DNA from: Sphaeroforma arctica JP610
Taxonomy: Eukaryota
DNA: 32,328 nt
Assembly: GCF_001186125.1 (NCBI RefSeq)
Contig: NW_014039802.1
Location: 1-32,328 of the forward strand
Direction: 5' to 3'
A model generated the notes under the pieces. The model was not told the DNA's origin, did no database searches, and saw nothing but the letters and a program-made list of their open reading frames with translations. Positions 1 through 10,557 of this stretch are shown one piece after another; within the stretch, counting starts at the first letter, position 1; each line of letters begins with the position of its first letter. Made by a program: the position numbers and the translations under genes.

Positions 1-566
1 GTAGATATATAGATATATAGATGAAAGGCTGTGCATAATGGCAGACCAAGCTACACAATACGTATACTTGTACACGATCGGTTGTAGATACTGTTGTTTT
101 TGTTTATCGGCTTAGATCGATGGGCGAACACACTAGTTCTTGTGTCTATCTCTTTATAAACACCCTATTCTAGAGTGTGAAAATTTTATGTTTTTTATTT
201 TATTTAATAATTTATTTATGTATTAAAAAGCTACAGTACATATTCAGGGTTTTTTTTGTGACAGGCTCGCGGCAGAAAATTTTACAACCTTTTTTCATAA
301 AAGTGCGATATCTTTGTTCATGATATTTCATTTTAGAATGCTATGTAAAATACATACTACATACCTTGATATCTGATTTTGTTTTCTCGTTTATAAATAT
401 ATAATAAAGCAAAACAATATTTGTGAGTTCATACAGTCAGAGTCTGAGAGTCACAGACCATTTTTTTTTTAAATAGAGTAGTTAGTACTTAGAACAGGGA
501 CCGCCGGGGCGCCGGGGCGCAGGACCGGTTACAAAATCACAATCCTTTCCTCTGAGTTTGTGCTTT

Positions 567-594
567 TTTAGGGTTTAGGGCTTAGGGTTTAGGG
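567..594 (+). repeat. Interstitial telomere-like tract, 4 x (T/C)TTAGGG
   Basis: tttaggg tttaggg cttaggg tttaggg read directly. Confidence 0.8.
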
Positions 595-1124
595 TTGTTC
601 TGTGTCTATTTTCGTTTTTTAAAAACAAATATATAAACAAAATTTAAAATTGGCATTTGTCCGAAATCCTTATATATAAATATTGTATGGAATCATCATC
701 CAGAGACGTAGTTTTTTTGTAGTTTTTTTGGTCTTAAAGAATGTAAAACAATAAATAGTAAATATTTTCATATTTGTGTCATTTGTTACTTTACAGTTTT
801 TGTATGCAAACTTTTCACTTTTGGTTTCTTTTGCTTTGTAATATTGTAAAAATATATATATATATATATAAATGTCAATTGAAGACTGAAATGTGAACGC
901 CAATGGTAATCATTTCGATGAAAAAGTATCCTAATATGGTCGTCGTATTATTTATATGCAGTATGATATGAGAGGTTTTTTTATGTTCCCGATATCCCTT
1001 ACGTAAATATTAATAGTATTTACCATTGCATGCTGTGTATATGTCGCGGAGACAAATTACACCGCAGAGCCGCAGACATCGTTGATATCGGTATTGTATA
1101 ATTCGTTGTCGTATACTCAATTAT

Positions 1125-1132
1125 TATAAATA
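1125..1132 (+). promoter_or_regulatory. Putative TATA box of the cysteine-rich gene
   Basis: TATAAATA about 70 nt upstream of ATG 1201; the AT-rich context lowers specificity. Confidence 0.35.
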
Positions 1133-1200
1133 CAGCTCGCTTAATCTTCTAGTCATCAGATCTTTGGAACGCTGTTCATCAACGTCCTAAATATTCAATA

Positions 1201-2256
1201 ATGACTGGTAAACTGATAAAGGTTGTTACTTGTGCTGTAGTAAGTGTGGCTTTGGTCGAAGCAGCATGCACCGACGACTCGACATATGATGCTGGTCGAA
1301 ACCAGGCTGAAGTACAATGGAATGCCGCTTGGAGCTACAAGAATGAAGACTGCATGGAGATTAACAATGTCTACAAGCAAGTGCATAAAGCAGCTCCTAG
1401 CTCGCCTGAGTGTCTAAACGAAGGTTTCGAGGACGAGCTTGACTCCTTATACGATGATCAAATGGAAGAATGTCTAGTGTATTGTGAGCAAGTAGGTGAG
1501 AACTATGCGGAGAGTGCTTGGGCTCAGGCTACTAAAGACAACGAAAACGTGGAGGTTTCCTCTTGTCAATATTTGGATGCCGTTTTCCAACAGGCTAACC
1601 GGCAAACGCCTAGTACGCCCGATTGCTTGCGTAATTCTTTCCAGGAGTGGACAAATGCAAAATACAATGAGGACCTAGACGATTGTGTCGATGAGTGTGT
1701 TGGCTATGGTGAAAACCAGGGCGAAAATCTTGCGCAACAATTCTGTGCAATTGCTCAACCCTTGGGGGCTGAACTTTACGATGAAGGCTTGACTATTGTA
1801 ATCTGTAATCAGCAAGAAGAACAGGCATGTTTGGACACTTTTGATTCCTTGAGCTATGAGAACTGTCCCGATGTGCGCGACAACAGTGCGAACGACGAAT
1901 ATTACAAAGCACTGACACAATCGTGCCAATACACTATCGGGCCCCAACCTAGCAACCCGGATGAAATTACCTGTGAAGCGAAGTGGATCGGACGACCGGA
2001 CGATAAACCGGATTGCCCCGGCTTTTTGGCTGACAAGGAATGTTGCCAGTGGTCCAACAACTGTGGAGATTTGCCTAAGTGTACCGCTTCTTATTGTTGT
2101 CCCGAGGAATCGAATTATATCAATTGCGAGATCAAGGAGAGTGAAGGGGGAATTAGTCAAAGCCCTTGCGATTTAGATGCCAACAAACAGTGCTGCCGCA
2201 ACTCGGGTAAATGCGGGGATTGGCCCAAGTGCACAAACTCGTACTGTTGCAAGTAA
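1201..2256 (+). CDS. Intronless secreted acidic cysteine-rich repeat protein (351 aa), family unassigned
   Basis: Long ORF, more GC-rich than its flanks. Signal peptide-like start (MTGKLIKVVTCAVVSVALVEA). Two ~65-70-aa repeats (G..AE..W...C...PS[ST]P[ED]CL...F...Y...C...C) and two C-terminal 8-Cys repeats (C..C..CC-x5-CGD.PKCT.SYCC). Confidence 0.9.
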   Translation: MTGKLIKVVTCAVVSVALVEAACTDDSTYDAGRNQAEVQWNAAWSYKNEDCMEINNVYKQVHKAAPSSPECLNEGFEDELDSLYDDQMEECLVYCEQVGENYAESAWAQATKDNENVEVSSCQYLDAVFQQANRQTPSTPDCLRNSFQEWTNAKYNEDLDDCVDECVGYGENQGENLAQQFCAIAQPLGAELYDEGLTIVICNQQEEQACLDTFDSLSYENCPDVRDNSANDEYYKALTQSCQYTIGPQPSNPDEITCEAKWIGRPDDKPDCPGFLADKECCQWSNNCGDLPKCTASYCCPEESNYINCEIKESEGGISQSPCDLDANKQCCRNSGKCGDWPKCTNSYCCK

Positions 2257-3139
2257 AAGAGGAACTCCCATGTTGTTCGACACGTAATCTCGAGAAATTA
2301 AAATTTGGTTTTTTAACTATTGTATATTTACACAACTATTTGTAAAATAGTTTTCTGGTGAAAATACCTCGCTTATATAATCTCTATCGAATTGATTTTA
2401 AACCGCTATCGAATAACTATTATATTGAAAGCATATGTATGTCATTTAAAAACTTATTTAACTATTAATATCATTTAACTCGGACCACGTTTGAATCTGC
2501 AGCTCATCTGATAGTATTATATACGAATATTATTGAAAACAAGTGACAGTATGTTCGCTTCCCAAACTACATGTCCGCAAAATTGAGTGGTATTCAACAT
2601 AGCTTTCTAAAATGAAACGGTGGTTAAAACTGAAAGATTTGAATACATGATGGAATATTTTAAAATAGGTCATAGGGCGGTTCCAGCTCGATTTTTGTTT
2701 CTGCTACATTCCGCCCCAAAAAAGTATGACGAGTTTGGATTCCAAACCCCTCGCAATCGCATACCAATATCACTGAAAGCGCTCACTTCTCAACTTTTTT
2801 ATTTATTTAAATTGTATCAGATCTATCTATTCACTCTAAAAGCCATATTAGGCTATACGTTTTCTTTCCACATTTTAACGCATAGAAACGGTTCCCATCT
2901 AAAACCCTTTGAGGTCTCTCTCTGGTCAAAAAATTCACAGAATTTTGATTTTTGTTTTGTTTTTAAAGAACAAAAAACGAAAAAAAACAAAATCACGGGA
3001 TAGAAAATCATTATATATTGTTCGAGCCGGTCGAATAATGTTCGGTACCATAAAAACACATATAATTAAATACCGACAACTTATTGAATTTGAGAAACTA
3101 TAATAACAGTAAAAATATAACTGAAAAATAAAATAACAG

Positions 3140-3448
3140 TAAAGTACAACTGAAAATTGTAATAACAAAGTACAAGGAACAATTATTATAACAGTAATAA
3201 CAACTGAACATTTATCATAACAGTAATAACAACTGAACATTTATAATAACAACAACTGAACATATATAATAACAGTAATAACAACTGAACATTTATAATA
3301 ACAACAACTGAACATATATAATAACAGTAATAACAACTGAACATTTATAATAACAGTAATAACAACTGAACATTTATAATAACAGTAATAATAACTGGAC
3401 ATTTATAATAACAACAACTGAACATATATAATATCAGTAATAACAACT
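3140..3448. repeat. AT-rich minisatellite, ~23-31 bp units (ataacagtaataacaactgaacatttata)
   Basis: About 10 tandem copies of the aacaactgaacat core. Confidence 0.85.
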
Positions 3449-3541
3449 CTAAAACCCTAAAATCGGTGAATTCCATAACCTAAAAAAAATAATTAAAAAA
3501 CTATAAAAAAACAAAACAAAGCGGGGTTTTTAGGGTTTCAG

Positions 3542-3641
3542 CATAGCCTCCTAAAAAATAATTATACAAGTTTTTGTTTTTGTTTTAAAATAAGTATGTA
3601 TTTTTATGTAGATTGGAGTTATTATTTTTTAGGAGGCTATG
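3542..3641. mobile_element. 100-bp MITE-like inverted-repeat element
   Basis: Perfect 21-bp inverted repeat CATAGCCTCCTAAAAAATAAT (3542-3562) / ATTATTTTTTAGGAGGCTATG (3621-3641); no clear target-site duplication. Confidence 0.5.
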
Positions 3642-3993
3642 ATTGGAGGCTATGATAATTTTGTAAATGTACTTTTATATAATTGTATTAATTTATTTTT
3701 TTAAAACAAAAAACCCCCCAAAATGCTTTATCAAAACAAAGCAATCAGCGAATTCCGGTCTTCCGTACTTCCGTACTTCCGTGAGCCATGCATGACTCAT
3801 GAATCATAAATCGTGAGTTCGTAACAAGTTATGAGTCAAGTCCAGCAGTCCAGCAGTAAATATGCACTTATGGGCCCATCAGTGATCAATGCATACTGCG
3901 TAGCCATTTTTATTGTTGAAAAATCAGTCTATTTAGAAGGCTATGAACAGGGACCGTCACCCCCTACGGCCTGGGCTACTACTAGCTACTCAG

Positions 3994-4024
<31 letters not shown>

Positions 4025-5320
4025 ATACTATGACAAGACGGTCGAGAGTCACGCGTGTCGTCAAAGCCGGAAGACCTGTCGTCTACCAGCTCAGCCATCG
4101 CCACGCCCCATGGTGGATTCACCGCCACCCCGTCACACGGGGCCATGGTGGTCTCTGGTCAGGACAGGTGGGCTGTGGGACTGTGAGTGGGTGCTGGGCC
4201 TGCTGGCACTCTGCTTGAAACACTAAACAGTAATACTTCTTGTTGGGGACTTGAGTTGGAGACTTAGAGTTTCTGTTTGGGCTTGGCCAAGATACAGAGT
4301 ACTTTGGACTGAGATTATGAGAGTCAGCTCAATGCTCAATGCTGGTGTTGGAGTGAGTTGAACTGTTCACTTTTGGTTTCCTAAAAAAAAAAGGTTACAT
4401 AGTCCCTCAGTCCCTCACAGCTCACAGCCCCCATAGTGAGCCCACATTCACACAGGTGGCACAAGGAACAGGCCCAGGCCCCAGGGTGATTTTTACAGTT
4501 TCTTTTCATTTGATCTTTTGATTTTTCATTCTTTATGAGTTTATGTTTCATTTTGATTTTTGCGAGTGCATAAAAACATGATGGAGTAATTCTACTCATA
4601 CTGTGATAAACATAAAATGTAAACAACTAAATCATAAAAATAATAAATATGCCACAGGCGCACTCTGGCACACTGTACACATGACTCATGACTCATGACA
4701 CAGCCTGGCACTGGTGGGCTGGCACTGTGGCACTGGCCAGTCACCAGTACCTACAGAGTACAGACCCACAGTCCAAAGAGTCGTTTTTAACTCTGACTGA
4801 TGACATCATAGAAAATGACTGATCAAACATTATTCAGTCATCTCGGTGATCTCTGTTCCAGTGTTCTAAAATGAGGAAATATGAAGACTAGGGAATCACA
4901 TGTGCAACTTTGCAAGTATTTACATACTATTTACGTAGCCTCCTGGCATCCTTTACTTAGTTGAAAAGGCTATGAATGGGTCCTATGGCTCCGGGTGAAT
5001 AAATATCGTAGAGTCTTTTTCACACTCTAAAAAACTGGTGGCATGATGTTACAATATATATATATATATATAGCTACCACATGAACGCTCGTTAAAAAAA
5101 ATTGTTCCTTCCCGTCGCAACAGATATCGATATTTACCTTTTAAAGTACCTGTGCAAATTTCAAATAAACCTATAAGGTATGATCAGAACGGTATACAAA
5201 GCCCATTTCTCTGCCGATTAAATTGATACTTTCGTGACTTCTAAGGTATAGACGACCTACTTGTGCAGGCGTGATACGTATCAAAGTGAATCATGCAGAT
5301 TGAAGAGAACATGAGACAAT

Positions 5321-5447
5321 ATAAATATATATATATATATGTGTGCGAGTGTGTGTGAGTGAGAGAGAGTGTGTGTGTGTGTGTGTGTATGTGTGCTATT
5401 ATATATATATATATATATAGATGTCTATATATATATATATGTACATA

Positions 5448-5514
<67 letters not shown>

Positions 5515-5530
5515 GCATATTGATATATAT

Positions 5531-5590
<60 letters not shown>

Positions 5591-5805
5591 ATATGTATAC
5601 ATATACACACATGTATATATATTACATAATAAATTATATATTGTAGATGCGTACTTGTATATATTTATATATATATATATATATTATAGTACAAATATAT
5701 ATTAGATAATATTTATTTTTTTGCGATATATACATATATATGTATATATATCCGTATATATTTATTTTATATATATATATATATATATATATTTAGTACT
5801 ATATA

Positions 5806-5847
<42 letters not shown>

Positions 5848-5848
5848 A

Positions 5849-5880
<32 letters not shown>

Positions 5881-6135
5881 ATATAAAATATAATATGTAT
5901 ATATATATATGTGTGTGTGTGTGTATATAGATATATATATAGAATAATATATGAATATATACAAATATATATATTTATATGTAAATATATATATATATAT
6001 ATTTAAATGTATATGTACGTATACATGTATATATATTATATAAAATATTATATATTGTAGATGCGTACGTGTATATATATATATATATTATGTAGTACAA
6101 ATATATATTAGATAATATTAATAAAAAATGCAACA

Positions 6136-6190
<55 letters not shown>

Positions 6191-6342
6191 TTATTTTTAT
6201 ATTTATTTTCATATATATGCATATATATATATATATATATATTCATACACAAATGCACACATACACACACACGCACACACGTATACAAGCGCACATACAC
6301 ACACACGCACACACATATACAAGCACACATACACACACTCAC

Positions 6343-6382
<40 letters not shown>

Positions 6383-6392
6383 TTAGATATGT
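5321..6392. repeat. Compound (TA)n/(TG)n/(CA)n microsatellite block with an internal ~85-bp duplication
   Basis: Long dinucleotide runs; tattgtagatgcgtac...gtacaaatatatattagataatatt occurs at ~5635-5713 and ~6045-6119. Confidence 0.9.
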
Positions 6393-6948
6393 ATATCTAA
6401 CTATAATTAGTATTTATTTTTTTAGATTATTTCATGAATATGTTTCTATATTCATACAATGTATATGCATATATGTACATAAATTTTAGCTGGCAGATAT
6501 ACATGTATGGCTTTTCCCCATACCTTTATGAAGAAATATCTGGATACACTTTTTACTTATCCAGACGTGTACATTTTCAAACAATAGTCCAATCCAATCT
6601 GTTTCATTTGGTGGCAACACCATTGAACGTATGTCCCGTCCAGCTGATCTTATCAGTTCAATCTCTTCAATAGTGACATCACCCGTAAACATTCAGTAAC
6701 CAACCATACACCTGTCACACAATGCGCTGCTCTGGTTCTGATCCACAGTCCACTGGCCTGAGTACACACAGCCACTCACCTGTTGCACTCGCAATGAAAT
6801 ATTACGATGCCTGTGTGGACACATACATACAAGCACACACATACATATGCGTGCGCACGACCCCTCTCAGACCTCTGCCCATCTATACTCAACCTCTCGT
6901 TGCTACATTCGTCTCTCCTACCAGACAGACAGACATACTGTGTGAACT

Positions 6949-7147
6949 ATGGACGACGCAGCCACCGTGACAGGGTATGTGTGGCCTGATGTAGAGTACG
7001 GCTACATAGCACAGCAGTATGTGCCATCCGCCACAGTACAACACCTGCACGCCATGCCCAGGATAGCAGCAGACAGCACCTTTGACGCGACGCAGTGGGC
7101 ATATGTGAGGGGGTTGATCTACATCACCATTCCCTTCATGGTCTTAG
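6949..7147 (+). CDS. Tweety-like exon 1 (N-terminus and start of TM1)
   Basis: MDDAATVTGY...YVPSATVQHLHAMPR...YVRGLIYITIPFMVL; donor G|GTGGGT at 7148. An upstream exon cannot be excluded. Confidence 0.8.
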
Positions 7148-8343
7148 GTGGGTGATGTGTGGTTGGGTAGGTGATGTGCGGTTGTGTGGTTGGGTAGGTG
7201 ATGTGTGGTTGTGTGGTTGAGTAGATGATGTGTGGTTGGGTAGGTGATGTGTGGTTGTGTAGTTGGGTAGGTGATGTGTGGTTTTGTGGTTGAGTAGTTG
7301 ATGTGTGGTTGGGTAGGTGATGTGTGGTTGGGTAGGTGATGTGTGGTTGTGTGGTTGAGTAGGTGATGTGTGATTGGGTAGGTGATGTGTGGTTGTGTGG
7401 TTGAGTAGGTGATATATGGCTGGGTAGGTGATGTGTGGTTGTGTGGTTGAGTAGGTGATGTGTAGTTGGGTAGATGATGTGTGGTTGGGTAGGTGATGTG
7501 TGGTTAGGTAGGTGATGTGTGGTTGTGTGGTTGAGTAGGTGATATATGGTTGGGTAGGTGATGTGTGGTTGAGTAGGTGATGTGTAGTTGGGTAGATGAT
7601 GTGTGGTTGGGTAGGTGATGTGTGGTCGGGTAGGTGATGCGCGATTGTGCTGGTGTGTGTGATGTGTGGCTGGAGAGTGTATGCATTGGTTGTAGTGTAG
7701 TTTGTAGTTAATGAGTGTGTTGTGCTGGTGTGTGTGAGTTGTGGTTAGAGTGTGTATGTATTGGTTGTAATGTAGTTTATAGTTATTTGGTGTGTGTTTT
7801 TTGAATAACATGTAGAGTGCATAGCCTTTGTTAGTCGTCAGCTGCACGTACGATGTGTTGCCCATTTAAATGCAGCAGTTAGCAATTGAATGTTTGAATA
7901 TTCTTGCCCAATCACTTGTAGGTAGACATAAACTCGTAGGTTAGCTATAGACTCGTAGGTAAGCATGTGGTTTGTTTGTTTGACATGCTCATACTCCTAT
8001 GGTACATACAGTGCTCTTCCATTGTGCTGCTGTGAAGTGAACCATTCCTCCAACGCAGGTGTCCGTTTGATGTGTTTGTTATGCTATTTACAATATGATA
8101 TCGAGAACTACCTTTTTTATTGCAGAACTTAATTACCCATCACGTAAATACCTATTCTATTGATCACATTAGCTATCTATGACAGCCCCGTCTCTAGTGG
8201 TTGGGTTCTTTGTTAGCTTGTCACACACCTATCGCACTATCTCAATCATCTCCAATCCAGCCTACCTTCTGCATGTTCGGTGGGGCTGATATTTACTGGT
8301 ATCTGTGTGTCCTATATCTGCCAGCTATATATATATATGTATG

Positions 8344-8396
<53 letters not shown>

Positions 8397-10526
8397 ATGT
8401 ATGTATATATATATATATATATATACAAGTATGTATGTCTATTTATGTATATATATATATATGTATATGTATGTAAGTATGTATGTACGTATATATATAT
8501 ATATAATATACAATATACAGATAAGTATACATGTATATATATATACATATATATCACGGCACTTCTCATCCGTTGCTCATTTGTCTTCCCACCCCCTCGA
8601 TAGGTCTGGTGATGCTGGTTGGTACGCTGGTGTTCATGTGCCGCTGTGGCAGTGGTAGTGGCTATCACATGAGTGGTCGTGTAGAGCAACCCTCCACCCG
8701 TGCGTGCATTAAAGCGTCGTCCGTAGTTCTGGCGCTTTTGACCATTGGTGCCTGTGGAGTGGCCATCTATGGAGATGTACTGGTGTGTGATTGTGGGATT
8801 GTGTGTTTGTATAATTAGGTGTTTAAGTGTAATTGTGTGTTTGTGTGTTTATGTGATTGTAAGACTGTGTGTGATTGTGATTGTTTGATTATATGTTTGT
8901 ATTTTTATGTGATGGTGTGATTGTGTACTGTTTGTTGAGTTAGTGTTTGTCTTTGCGGTGGTCTTCTATTAAAGTGTACCCATTAGCTGAGCACACTTAC
9001 CTACTACTCTCCTGTTCCTTTGGTGTCATCCGTCTGTGCGTGTGGCTATTTTCTCCTGTGTTTGGTGTAGTCTGTCCGTGTGTGTTTGTGTGTGATTGTG
9101 TGCTCACACACCTCTCACGACATCAAACTCTGCAGATGGCGCAGGGCATAGACCTCTTCACCAACACGTACACAAATGCCACAGATATTATTGCGGACAT
9201 CGAGTCCATGGCACCGCAGGTAGAGACGGTAGCATTAGCAGCGGTAGACATACTCGAGGACGTTAGTGAGCTGTGTCCAGACACGTCAGAAACCATCGGT
9301 GGGTTGCACGTGACTGTCAATTAAAGAAATTGCATCTCTTGTGTATTCTTATTTGTATTTGTATTGGAGTATATGTCTCTCTGTGTGTAGTGTATGTGCT
9401 ATGTCTGTGTGTGTGTGTATGTGGAAATATATATGCGTGTGTGTGTGTGTGTGTCTATATATACATATGTGTGTGTGTGTGTGTGTGTTTGTATGTTTGT
9501 ATATATAAAAATATATATGTGTGTGTGTGTTGTATACGTGAGTAGACTACACAATTGTTCTGACTTTGTACATATAGCTCATGCATCACCTTCTCTACTG
9601 GTATGCATGAAGTGAGTACGTTAATCTACGTATACGTACAAACCTATCCACTTGGCAACAGTGCGTTGAAACACAAATCGATACGCGTTCACTTCTCCAC
9701 AGACTCACCCGTCTTTGCCATTGTCTCCCTGGCGTTGTGTAGAAGGTGCCGTTGCAGTTGTTACGGCTGGGTCTGCCCAAGTAGTACAAGAGCTCAACAA
9801 TGTGGTAGAGCGCGTAGGCGAGTTCTATACCAATGCCGAAGATTACCAAGATAAGGTATGCCACCTCGTACGATCCTGAATCGTGTGCGAGTGTGCGCCT
9901 GTATATATATATATATTCGTATATGTATTTATTAATATAAATATATGTATATATATATATGTGTGTGTGTGGGTGTGTATGTATTTATGTATATATATAT
10001 ATACATGTATATATGTCTATATATAGATCTCAGCGTCGCAATCCAACGCATCTCAGCAGATGCGTCATCGCTGCCCCCCTGTGTAGCACTACCCCTGCAT
10101 GTGCTAACCTCTACCCCCTCCCATTGCCACGTGCACACACCCCCTCAGCTCAGCACCATCTGTCTCGCACAGCAAATCGTCTTGTGCGCGTTTTTTGCGT
10201 TGATGGCTCTCCTGTCTCTGGTGGTCGTGAATACCGTCTTCGTCTCTCCCGCATTACTAGAAGACACTGTCCCGTTTGAACTTTCCGACCGGTACGCCCT
10301 ATTTAAGGGGTGCAGGGCGTGGCTACGGGTGTTCCTACTTCCGCTGAGTGTGATGGTGGTGGTGCTGGCGTTCGTTGCGGTGGCTGCGAGTTTCTTTGTG
10401 ACTATCGGCGCAGTGGACTTCTGCATTGCACCAGACGAGTACATCTCAGCTCAACTGGCCACCAATGTGGAAGAGTAGGTGCTGCGATGCAAATGCATGG
10501 GGTGTCTTGCGTTCTACGTGCTGTTG

Positions 10527-10557
<31 letters not shown>

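Noticed and set aside
492..3956. 12-bp direct repeat GAACAGGGACCG at 492 and 3945 as a target-site duplication
   Set aside because: Unspecified 12-mer matches are expected by chance in 32 kb, and no element ends are adjacent
2620..4626. Short ORFs at 2620-3003, 3831-4226 and 4381-4626
   Set aside because: No domain signal or coherent exon chain; they run through low-complexity sequence
5241..6489. Many [12 protein letters not shown] ORFs here and in other microsatellites
   Set aside because: Translations of dinucleotide repeats
6486..6692. 68-aa minus-strand ORF with protein-like composition and a small hairpin (6539-6565)
   Set aside because: No recognisable family or convincing splice context; it could be a relic but that cannot be supported
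7119..7865. 248-aa His/Thr/Pro ORF on the minus strand
   Set aside because: Translation of an intronic minisatellite
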